Source of the DNA: Malacoraja senta | Taxonomy: Eukaryota | Direction of reading: 5' to 3' | Assembly (NCBI GenBank): GCA_038087875.1 | Contig: CM075990.1 | Coordinates: 4,218,001 to 4,282,000 of the forward strand | Length of the DNA stretch: 64,000 nt | Shown: in pieces, positions 53,779 through 64,000 of the stretch | Position numbering within the stretch: position 1 is the first letter of the stretch | Layout of the letters: each line of letters starts with the position of its first letter | Translations under genes and position numbers: made by a program | Notes under the pieces: model-generated | What the model saw: only the letters and a program-made list of their open reading frames with translations | Databases searched by the model: none | What the model was told of the DNA's origin: nothing

Positions 53779-54190
53779 CAGAGATTCACTCGCACCTCCT
53801 CCAACCTCATCTACTGTATCCCCTGTTCCAGCTGTGGACTCCGATATATCGGCGAGACCAAGCGCAGGCTCAGCGATCGTTTCGCTGAACACTTCCACTC
53901 AGCCCGCCTAAACCTACCTGATCTCCCGGTTGCTCAACACTTTAACTCCCCCTCCCATCCCCACACTGACCTTTCTGTCCTCCATTGTCAGAGTGAGGCC
54001 CAGCGCAAATTGGAGGAACAGCCCCTAATATTTCACTTGGGCAGCTCACACCCCAGCGGTATGAACATTGACTTCTCTAACTTCAAGTTGCCCTTGCTTT
54101 CCCTCTCACTCCATCCCTCCCCCTTCCCAGTTCTCCCACCAGTCTTACTGTCTCTGATTACATTTTATCTCAGTACCACCCACTCCCCTG
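53779..54190 (+). mobile_element. Penelope-like element fragment (GIY-YIG endonuclease and pseudo-LTR start)
   Basis: QRFTRTSSNLIYCIPCSSCGLRYIGETKRRLSDRFAEH...VAQHFN...LEEQPLIFHLGSSHPSGMNIDF. Confidence 0.9.
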
Positions 54191-55162
54191 AAGAATGGTC
54201 AGCATTTGTTTCTATCTCTGTCTTCATCTCCTCTTCCTCCCTGCCACCCCTTGCTCTCCTCTCTCACACTCGCCGCTCTTCCCTCTCCCTCATGCTCAAC
54301 CCCATCCTCCTGCTCTCCTTGTCAGGGCTAATCTCAGTTGGACGTTTCACTGAGGCCACCCTGTGGCTTCACATGGGCCCACAGCGCCACCTCTGGGTGA
54401 CTGCTGGGAGCCCCTCACCATGCCCTTTCCAAGTCTGTAGGAAGGAACTGCAGATGCTGGTTTAAACCAAAGATAGACACAAAATGCTGGAGTAACTCAG
54501 CGGATCAGACAGCATCTCTGGAGAGAAGGAATGGGTGACGTTTTGAGTCGAGATCCTTCTTCAGACTGATGTCAGGGGAGAGGGAGACACATAGATAAGG
54601 AAGTTTAAGGTGTGAAAACAGGACAAAAGGGAATGCCGATCAAGGAACGTGTAGAATTGATCATTGTTAGCTGGGAGAGAACAACAACAAAGCAAACAGA
54701 GATAAAATGTAGTCAGAGGCAGTAAGAGTGGTTGGAGAACTGGGAAGGGGGAGGGGTGGAGAGAGGGGGAGGCATGGAAATGGGTCCTTCGGCCCACCGA
54801 GTCCACGCCGACCAGCAATCACCTGTACACTAGTTCTATCCTACACACTAGGGACAATTTACAGAGCCAGTTAACCTGCAAACCTGTACGTCTTTGGAGT
54901 GTGGGAGGAAACCTGTGCACTCTGAGAAAACCCACGTGGTCACAGGGAGAACGTACAAACTCCGTGCAGACAGCACCCGCAGTCTGGATGGAACCCGGGT
55001 CTCTGGCGCTGTGAGGCAGCAACTGCCACTGCTCCACCGTGCCACCCCATGGATAATGACCTTTCAGGTCAAGGCCCTTCTTACTGATTGTTGGACAGGG
55101 GGGGGGGGTGAGGTGGGTGGATGAAAGCTGGAAGAGAGGGGGGGGGGAAGAGCGAAAACATG

Positions 55163-55764
55163 GCAGGTTCTACTGCAGTTGTGCAGGGCCTTGGTGAGAC
55201 CACACCCGGAGTATTGCGTGCAGTTTTGGTCTCCTAATCTGAGGAAAGACATTCTTGCCATAGAGGGAGTACAGAGAAGGTTCACCAGACTGATTCCTGG
55301 GATGGCAGGACTTTCATATGAAGAAAGACTGGATAGACTCGGCTTGTACTCGCTAGAATTTAGAAGATTGAGGGGGGATCTTATAGAAACTTACAAAATT
55401 CTTAAGGGGTTGGACAGGCTAGATGCAGGAAGATTGTTCCCGATGTTGGGGAAGTCCAGAACAAGGGGTCACAGTTTAAGGATAAGGGGGAAGTCGTTTA
55501 GGACCGAGATGAGAAAAAGAAAATTCACACACAGAGTGGTGAATCTGTGGAATTCTCTGCCACAGAAGGTAGTTGAGGCCAGTTCATTGGCTATATTTAA
55601 GAGGGAGTTAGATGTGGCCCTTGTGGCTAAAGGGATCAGGGGGTATGGAGAGAAGGCAGGTACAGGATACTGAGTTGGATGATCAGCCATGATCATATTG
55701 AATGGCGGTGCAGGCTCGAAGGGCCGAATGGCCTACTCCTGCACCTATTTTCTATGTTTCTATG
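55163..55764 (+). mobile_element. CR1 LINE 3' fragment
   Basis: 164-aa open CR1 C-terminus, nearly identical to the 28.4-29.0 kb copy. Confidence 0.92.
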
Positions 55765-56415
55765 TAATGTGGACACAGGTGGGGGAGCAGGGGTGGGGAG
55801 GTGTTGTTAGGCAGATGGTTGGGACAACGGCCAGAGATGAAAGAGCAGAAGGTGTGAGACAAAAGGCTTTGTCCTGCCCCCTGCCCCCTGCCCCCTGCCC
55901 CCTGCCCTCTGCCCCCAGCTTTACAATCCCCCCATTACTATCAATGAGGAGAAGGGTCCCGACCAGTAATGTCACCTGTCCGTGTTCTCCAGAGATGCTG
56001 CCTAACACGCTGAGTTACTCCACCACTTTGTCAGGGTGTAAACCACCATCTGCTTTTAAAATCCAAAGTTTATGAACAAGTTTCTGCCCAGTGTAACGCT
56101 GCCCCTGTGTTGGGTTTTATTTGCCTGGAACTCATTTAAAAGCTGATGATGCAGGCCGCTAGTGCAACTGGTGGAAATCAGATTTGACCAGATGATTGGG
56201 CTAATCCCTTAATCCCTTAATCCTGTCAAATTAACAAAGTCATTGCATGCAGTTTATTACAGTGTCCCAGACACAGAGACACAGAGACACAGAGATTTGA
56301 ACAGGCGCGTGCATGTATAGAGGCACACACGGATCTGAAAGCTTGCGCGTGTATGCATCTGTGTGCATGCACGCCACACACACGGACACATGTGCTCATG
56401 CATGGACACGTGCAA

Positions 56416-56426
56416 ACACACACATG

Positions 56427-56489
<63 letters not shown>

Positions 56490-56544
56490 GTACAGGTAAA
56501 CACACACACACATACACACACACACACACATACACACACACACA
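56416..56544. repeat. (CA)n microsatellite
   Basis: Direct reading. Confidence 0.95.
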
Positions 56545-57321
56545 TCACCAGGCTTTAGAGGAGGACTGGGCCAAACGCAGGCAGGTGGGACTAGTGTAGA
56601 TGGGTCTGAAGAAGGGTTTTGGCCCGAAACGTTGCCTATTTCCTTCGCTCTATAGATGCTGCTGCACCCGCTGAGTTTCTCCAGCATTTTTGTGTACCTT
56701 TAGAGGAGGACTATTGAGTACGTGATGAGGAGGATTATTTGCCTAATGTGTCTGGGTAGCTGATAATAGACTTGTGAATGCAGCCTAATCCACTCCAGCA
56801 GTTGCCAGGATTAGTCGGTCCCTGCAGACACGAGCAACTTAATTCCTGCCACTCATTCTCCATCAGCATCTCCCCAATCCAACGTCTGCCCTGCTCGGTC
56901 AGCGATGGCATCTCGAAGGGCCTGTCTTGTGCCCAAACTTCCCGTCTCTGCCCTGCTGGCATCTAACCATTGCCACGCTCCGGGGAGTCCAGGGAACATA
57001 AGTCAAGTCATGGAGTCATGGACACAAGCCCTTTGTCCCAACTTGCCCACGTCGACCAACATGACCCATCTACACTAGTCCCACCTGCCTGCGTTTGGCC
57101 CAGATCCCTCTAAACCTGTCCTATCCATGTACCTGACCAAATGTCTGTTTAAAGTTGTGAGAGTACCTGGCTCAACTACCTCAACTCGTTCCGTACACCC
57201 ACCATGCTCTGTGTGGAAAAAGTTGCCCCTCAGGTTCCTATTAATTCATCACACCTCACCATAATTTGAGCTGTGCTTTCAATAGAAGAAGGGAATTCTG
57301 GAGCAGGGAGAGTGAAAGGTA

Positions 57322-57549
57322 GTTCAAGTTCAAGTGAGATTATTGTCATGTGTCCCTGATGGGACAATGAAATTCTTGCTTTGCTTCAGCACAACGGAAC
57401 ATAGTAGGCATGAATACAGAACAGATCAGTGTGTCCATATACCATTATATAAATATATACACACATGAATAAATAGACTGATAAAGTGCAAATAACAGAT
57501 AATGGGTTATTAATGATCAGAGTTTTGTCCGAGCCAGGTTTAATAGCCT
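57322..57549 (-). mobile_element. 3' end of the same Rex1/Babar-like family
   Basis: Closely similar to 50364-50565; flanked by TAGTT on both sides. Confidence 0.75.
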
Positions 57550-58228
57550 AGTTGAGACATGGACAAGCAGTGATTGGGGTTTGAAACCCCGGATGATTCT
57601 TCTCTAGACTTTAGAGATACAGCACGGAAACAGGCCCTTCGGCCCACTGAGTCCGCGCCGACCAGAGATCCCTGTACACTAACACTATCCTACACACCAA
57701 TTTATTGAAGCCAAATATCCTACAAACCTGCGTGTCTTAGGAGTGCGGGAGGAAACTGGAGCACCTGGAGAAAACCCACGCAGGTCACAGGGAGAACGTA
57801 ACCAGCTCATATAGGCAGCACCCGTAGTCTGGATCGAACCGCCGTCTCTGGCACTGTGAGGCAGCAGCTCCACCGCTGTGCCACCGTGCCACCCCTCATC
57901 AGATGCACACTGATTGGAAATGTTAACCAGTAAAGTCAACATGGTACAGGAAGGTCACAGGGCAGGAGAGGTATGGGTTGATTCAGCGTCAGGTGTTGAA
58001 GCCGTCTTCAGCTTTGAGACGCTTCCAAATTCTCCCAGGCGACTGTCTGTTGAGATGGCCTTCATTTCATGCTGGGATGCTGCAGTATCCAGAGTGAACG
58101 CCTGGATGGTTTAGGCGACGGGCTGGTGTTGTGCTTTGCCCGCTGGTGTGTGTTGCGTTGGTTGTGATCAGTGACGGTTGCTTATGCCGGTGTGTGTGTG
58201 TGTCGTACGTGGCTGTGTGTTGTTGCAG

Positions 58229-58674
58229 GAGCCGGACCTGGAGACCAGCCGCAGCCCTGGGAGCAGATACCAGACGTCGACCCCCGAGCAGCGGCCCTGC
58301 GTGGGGGTCCTGCCCGCCGACACCCCCCGCCCGCCCAACGGGATCTCCTGGGACTGGTCTGCTGCCAGGACCACCAACATCTCCTGTAGCTCACAGTTGA
58401 CCGCTTCCTTCGGGCGAACATCTTCTGGGACCACCTCGATGTTCTCACCAGCCACCTCTCTGACCCCTGACCACTCACCTCAAGGAGGGGTCAACCTCTC
58501 GGCGAGGGTCTCCAATGCATCTGGCGTTAAGGGTGCAACACCCAGATCCACCTCACGGGGGCAGTACAACAGCCCCATTGGTCTGTACTCAATGGAGGCC
58601 CTTGAGGAAATGAAGAGGCCCACTGGCCAGGATGGCGGAGTGGGCAGGGTCTCCACGGGTGGACTGCTGCCAGG
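58229..58674 (+). CDS. LDB3: LDB3 exon 4 (cardiac-type alternative exon with ZASP/ZM motif)
   Basis: tgttgcag|GAGCCGGAC...CCAGG|gtacgt; 446 nt, phase 0 to 2. Open frame EPDLETS...GQYNSPIGLYSMEALEEM...GGLLPG contains the ZM motif QYNxPIGLYS. Confidence 0.88.
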
Positions 58675-58919
58675 GTACGTACCACAAACCTCATCCCCCC
58701 CCCCCCACCCCCCCGCCCCCGGTGTAGTGAAGGGGACGTGTCTCGGTTGGTGTTCTGTAGGGGAACCTCTCACTGAACAGCCTCCTGAGCAGTCTGTAAT
58801 GGCCAGCCCCATTGCATACCCCTGCTATCCAGTGACTATCCACCAAAGACATACCTCATCAAGCCTTCCAACTTGCTGTCCTCGTCTCCTAACACGGTAC
58901 AGGAGGCTCTGCCTCGCAA

Positions 58920-59320
58920 ACTCTGGGATCTCGGAGAAGGTTGAATCTCTGGGATCTGGGAGAACATTGCAATCTGGGTAGACAAAAGTGCTGGAGAAAC
59001 TCAGCGGGTGCAGCAGCATCTATGGAGCGAAGGAAATAGGCAACATTTCAGGCCGAAACCCTTCTTCAGACGGGTTGCAATCTGGGATCTTGGAGAAGGT
59101 TGAATCTCTGGGATCTGAGAGAACATTGCAGTCCGGGATCTTGGCAAACGTTACACCTTCTGGATTCTTGGAGAACATTGCCAAGCCCTGGGATGTCAGA
59201 GAACATTGAACCTCCTGCATCTTGGAGAACATTGGACCTCTGCGATCATGGAGAAGGTCGCGGCTGCCGGATTCTTGGAGAACATTGCGAACTTTGAAAT
59301 CTTGGAGAAGGTTGAAGGAT
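58920..59320. repeat. Degenerate ~25-bp tandem repeat (GGGATCTTGGAGAA[CATTG/GGTTG]) interrupted by a Penelope pseudo-LTR piece at ~58978-59072
   Basis: Repeated TCTTGGAGAACATTG and TCTTGGAGAAGGTTG units. Confidence 0.75.
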
Positions 59321-60647
59321 CTGTGAGGCACCGTCCATTGTTGCAGGAACACGAGGACAGGGAAGCATTGGGACCGGAGAATAACTGCAGGACAGCAGAA
59401 CGACACCGAGTTCATCTGTACTGCCCCAGCAGAGCAATCCCATCCCTCCCCTTTCCCCATCAACCTGCAAATGATCTTCACTTGTATCTATCCAGTTCCT
59501 TCATGTCAGCCACGATGGAGGAGTAGGACTCTTGGCTCTTGGCCTTTCTCACCACCTTGAGCTCCAGGCTGATTTACACCTCTATTCCATCTATTGCCTT
59601 GGTTACGTATCTCCACGTTGGATCATTTCCACTGGTCCAACGAATACTTTTCCACCCATTAGAATTCGGACTGTGGCACTGTCTCCAGAGATTAAACTAG
59701 GCATCTGAGATGGAGTCACCTCCTGACTGGGTCTACCAGAGGGTCGGGGCGTTGTTCCAATGGTCTGCTGCTGATTTTGCTGTTGCAAGTTTGCATCTGG
59801 TGCAAGAGTCGGACTCTCTGAATGAAACTGGCATTGCAGTGGTGTTTGGGCACCGTGGATAGAGGTGGTCTCATGGCCTCTGATGCAGTTCATAGTCACT
59901 GTATTGGCAGCAGACGCTTGTTCCAGCCTCTGGTGGAATCGGTCGCCAGTAGGACTGAAGGTGTGTGTTTATTGGGTTGAGTTTGCGATTCATTGCTTGT
60001 GCTAAAGGCGACTGGGTGCGGCCACTTCCTCTCTGGTCACAAACAGAAAGACACATAAATCACGATTTTTATTTGAGTGTTTAGAGATACAGAGTGGAAT
60101 CAGGCCCTTTGGCCCACTGAGTCCGTGCCAACTTGGGGCTTTGTTTTAAAGGTGCCAAAATATGCCGACAGGTGCGGGTGTGTTTTATTTAAAAATAATG
60201 TCATTGTTTGCAGTGCACACAAGACAGCAAAACACCATTGAACCATTGAGCATCACAAACACAGCACTCCACTCTCTCTTTCAGGGGGCATATTCCACCC
60301 GCCGATCGGTGTGGAAGTTCCGATGAGGTCGAGATCGGCCCGCCTCACCCGGCTTGGGAGCCACATTATCGGGGGGACTTCTGTTGGAGGGGGTTTCAAG
60401 TCTCTTGTGATTTTGTCCGGGTTAAAGGAGCTGCCGGACCACCAGTTGCTGGGAAATCGATGGTGGGCCTGTAATATCCCCCAATCTGCCGCTGTGTTCT
60501 TTAACCTCTGGACATTGCCTATGGGTGGGGCAGGAGGGGGGGGGGGTCTCATGCAGACGGGAACTGCGAGAGTTTGCGTTACTCCCGACGTACCGCCACC
60601 TGACTTGGCAACTAAACCATCTTCTTTGAATCTTTTTCCCTCCGCAG

Positions 60648-60667
60648 ATTATCAACACTTCAGCCAA
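60648..60667 (+). CDS. LDB3: LDB3 exon 5, 20-nt microexon (IINTSAN)
   Basis: Strong pyrimidine tract tctttttccctccgcag|ATTATCAACACTTCAGCCAA|gttagt. Phase 0 to 2 bridges exon 3 to exon 6 in frame. Resembles mammalian VVVNSPAN (recalled). Confidence 0.85.
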
Positions 60668-60728
60668 GTTAGTGGGCAGCCTTCCTGTGGTAGTGTGTTG
60701 TGTGTTGTGCCCCAGGGCAGCACGAGAT

Positions 60729-60901
60729 GGCCCTGTCGCCCCGACCTGCCCTGTCTCTCCCCGACCTGCCCTGTCTCTCCCCGACCTGCCCAGTCTCTCC
60801 CCGACCTGCCCTGTCTTTCCCTGGCCTGCCCTCTATTCCCCCCCCCCCCCCCCCCGACCTGCCCTGTCTCTCCCCGACCTGCCCTGTCTCTCCCTGGCCT
60901 G
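60729..60901. repeat. 20-bp minisatellite CCCGACCTGCCCTGTCTCTC (~7 units, poly-C interruption)
   Basis: Direct reading; begins ~60 nt after microexon 5. Confidence 0.9.
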
Positions 60902-61743
60902 CGTTGTTGTGCGGCATGCAGGTTGCAGTTGTACTTGCAGGCGTTGCGTTGCGTCCCTGCCTGTGTTCTTTAATCATTGGTGTTTTTCCTATTCTGCTGA
61001 ATACTGTACATGCAAACTCCATGGTTTGGTTTGGTTACATTTTAGTCTAGTCTAGTTTGGTTTAGTCTAGTCTAGTCTAGTCTAGTCTAGTTTAGTGATA
61101 CAGCATTGAAACAGGCCCACCGAGTCCACTTTAGTTGACTTTAAATTAGTTTAGTTCTTCAGTTTAGTTGAATTTGGAGATACAGCGTGGAAACAGGCCC
61201 TTCGGCCCACTGAGTCTGTGCCGACCACCGATTACCCGTACACTAGTTCTATCCTGGTGGAGAAAGGCCTGTGCTTTGTGCTGTTTCTTCACACCACACT
61301 GGAAGCTAAGTGCGAAAGAGGGTGCGTGATCCTCCTTGGATCAATGCTGAGCATTTTTTAGTTTAGTTCAGTTTAGAGATACAGCGTGGAAACAGGCCCT
61401 CCGGCCCAGCGGGTCCGCGCCGACCACCCGTACACTGGCACTATCCTACCCAAGTGGAACGATTTACAGAAACCACTTAGCCTACAAACCCCTTACGATT
61501 TTGGAGTGTAGGAGGAAACCGGAGCACCCGAAGAAAACCTACGCGGTCACGGGCAGAACGTGCAAACTCCGTACAGACAGCACCCGTAGTCAGGATGCGG
61601 AAGTGAAAGGAATATTCAGCGGGGTCTGTGACATGCATACGAACGAAGAGTTAGCCTTGCAACACACTCACCAACTCGCTGCTTATAACATCAGAGCTGC
61701 CCGCCAACCCCTGGTTGCATTAACAAAGCTGATTTAGAGCAGG

Positions 61744-62443
61744 CATAGAAACATAGAAAATAGGTGCAGGAGGAGGCCATTCGACCCTTCGAGCCAGCAC
61801 CGCCATTCATTGCGATCATGGCTGATCGTCCCCAATCAATAACCCGTACCTGCCTTCTCCCCATATCCCTTGACTCCACTAGCCCCTAGAGCTCTATCTA
61901 ACTCTCTCTTAAATCCATCCAGTGACTTGGCCTCCACTGCCCTCTGTGGCAGGGAATTCCACAAATTCACAACTCTCTGGGTGAAAAAGTTTTTTCTCAC
62001 CTCAGTCTTAAATGACCTCCCCTTTATTCTAAGACTGTGGCCCCTGGTTCTGGACTCGCCCAACATTGGGAACATTTTTCCTGCCTCTAGCTTGTCCAGT
62101 CCTTTTATAATTTTATATGTTTCTATAAGATACCCTCATCCTTCGAAACTCCAGTGAATACAAGCCGAGTCTTTTCAATCTTTCCTCATATGACAGTCCC
62201 GCCATCCCAGGGATCAATCCCGTGAACCTACGCTGCACTGCCTCAATCTCAAGGATGTCCTTCCTCAAATTAGGAGACCAAAACAGTACACAATACTCCA
62301 GATGTGGTCTCACCAGAGCCCTATACAATTGCAGAAGAACCTCTCTACTCCTATACTGAAATCCTCTTGTTATGAAGGCCAACATTCCATTAGCTTTCTT
62401 CACTGCCTGCTGTACCTGTAAGCCAACTTTCAGTGACTGGTGC
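61744..62443 (-). mobile_element. CR1 LINE 3' fragment
   Basis: KKANGMLAFI...RPHLEYC...YGEKAGTGY. Confidence 0.9.
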
Positions 62444-62568
62444 AGGAGGGGATGAAGAGGGAAACTTGGTCGTTCAATATTTTCTCAGGGATGATGCGTG
62501 AGATTGCGGGGGTCGGTGGGAGGGGGGGGTTTGTCGTGTGACCTGTGTGGAATGTGACGTGTTGGTTC

Positions 62569-62677
62569 TGCATGCGGGGGCATGGTGTCAGGTGTACTTG
62601 GCTGTAATGGCGGGCGCTGCATTGCATGCTGGGAAATTCGGCATGGTTGTCGGCGCTGGTGCCGTGAGCAGTGCATG
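62569..62677 (+). promoter_or_regulatory. Candidate RBFOX intronic splicing-element cluster
   Basis: TGCATG at 62569, 62623 and 62672 and GCATG at 62580 and 62641, in non-repeat sequence between exons 5 and 6. Confidence 0.5.
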
Positions 62678-62882
62678 CTGCAGCAGCGGGCCGCGCAGCC
62701 CTGGAGCCGCACACGGGCGGAAACAAGGTGGGAAAGAGGCCGAGCGTCCGTTAAAATCCAAACGCACGTCTCCCGCGAACGGAAAAGCAGGAATATTTCC
62801 CTCTCGCCAGTGCCAGCAGAGGGAAGGGTGGAGGCCAGGAACACCGGGCCTCCACAGTAACATCAGGCGGCTTACAGCAGCT

Positions 62883-63183
62883 AGTTTAGTTTAGAGATAC
62901 AGCACCGAAACAGGCCCTTCGGCCCACCGATTCCACGCCAACCAGTGCTCACCTCCTACACTAGCATCACGCTACACACACTAGGGACAGTTTACAATTA
63001 ACCTACAAACCTGTACGTCTTTGGAGTGTGGGAAGAAACTGGAGATCCCAGAGAAAACCCACGCAGGTCACGGGGAGAACTTACAAACTCCGTACAGACA
63101 GCACCCGTAGTCAGGATCGAACCCGGGTCTCTGGCGCTGTAAGTGTTGTAAGGCAGCAACTCTACCGCTGCGCCACCATGCCA
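62883..63183 (-). mobile_element. V-SINE (HE1-like) ~100 bp upstream of LDB3 exon 6
   Basis: Reverse-complement copy; another minus-strand copy lies at ~63540-63834. Confidence 0.85.
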
Positions 63184-63284
63184 GCCTAAGGCTTGTGCAG
63201 CTACTGCCCTTCTGCCACTAACCCCTGAGCTTTCCCCCCGTACCGGCCACCCTTCACCCTCTGTTCCTCTCTCCCCGTGGACAG

Positions 63285-63488
63285 TAGCAACTATGTGGAG
63301 CGCTTCAACCCCAATGTGCTGAAGGATTCGGTGATGTCCACACACAAGCCCATCGAAGTGAAGGGCCCGGGGGGGAAGGCCACCATCATCCACGCCCAGT
63401 ACAACACTCCCATCAGCATGTACTCCCAAGATGCCATCATGGACGCCATCGCAGGCCAGGCCCACGCCAGGGGCAGCGACCTCTCCAG
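63285..63488 (+). CDS. LDB3: LDB3 exon 6 (skeletal-type ZM-motif exon)
   Basis: ctccccgtggacag|TAGCAAC...CTCTCCAG|gtaggc; 204 nt, phase 2 to 2. Translates SNYVERFNPNVLKDSVMSTHKPIEVKGPGGKATIIHAQYNTPISMYSQDAIMDAIAGQAHARGSDLS, diagnostic of LDB3. Confidence 0.97.
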
Positions 63489-64000
63489 GTAGGCCCGCGA
63501 CTCCCCGAGTGCATGCAGGGGGAACATGCAACAACAATGGAAAGATGCAGCTCGGAAACAGGCCCCTCGGCCCCCCTGAGTCCACGCCCCGATCACGCAC
63601 CATCTCCATGTTTTCCCACTTTCCCATCCACTCCCTGCGCACCAGGGACACGTTCACCTGCAAACCCGCACGTCTTTGGGATGTGGGAGGAAACCGGAGC
63701 GCCCGGAGGAAACCCACGCGGTCACACGGGGGGAACGTGCAAACTCCACACACAGGCAGTACCCGAGGTCGGGATGGAACCCGGGTCTCTGGCGGTGTGA
63801 GGCAGCGGCTCTACCAGCTGCACCACCGTGCCGCCCACACTGGAGTTGTTTTACGTCTCTGATATAAAAAATCAAGCAGATTTAATGTGTTCATTTGAAG
63901 ATCCAGTAACAATATGATTTAATGAAAGATGCTAAATCAACGGTGGACTTCTGGCCTATTAAATCAGTCCGACATGAAACTTCACCTATCCATGCTCCCC

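Noticed and set aside
56240..56410. Four TGCATG motifs upstream of exon 4
   Set aside because: They sit in purine/pyrimidine-alternating low-complexity sequence next to a CA repeat, where the motif arises by chance.
58675..58981. In-frame read-through past the exon 4 donor (267-aa ORF)
   Set aside because: The phase-compatible donor at 58674 explains the exon; the extension runs into poly-C and tandem repeat sequence.
60311..61055. Several 100-220 aa ORFs
   Set aside because: Produced by the GC-rich minisatellite; only the 20-nt microexon is supported.
62998..63753. 251-aa minus-strand ORF
   Set aside because: Antisense shadow of exon 6 joined to flanking SINEs.

Overview
This is repeat-dense vertebrate genomic DNA. 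The V-SINE/HE1-like SINEs and HER1-like CR1 LINEs point to a cartilaginous fish, probably a skate or ray (inference). One host gene is recognisable on the + strand: LDB3 (ZASP/Cypher). Five of its coding exons are readable with canonical AG/GT boundaries and compatible phases: the PDZ exon (44007-44158), a linker exon (52571-52646), the cardiac-type ZM exon 4 (58229-58674), a 20-nt microexon 5 (60648-60667) and the skeletal-type ZM exon 6 (63285-63488). The ATG/PDZ-start exon was not found, and the gene continues past the right edge. The rest is mostly SINEs, CR1/L2/Rex1/L1/Tx1 fragments, Penelope-like pieces with hammerhead-like motifs, MITEs, solo LTRs, simple repeats and a 200-N gap. The most unusual item is an LTR fused to a 57-nt copy of mature (spliced, CCA-tailed) tRNA-Leu(CAA), with a mismatch at the modified base G37. 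Human LDB3 and tRNA comparisons are from memory and need alignment.
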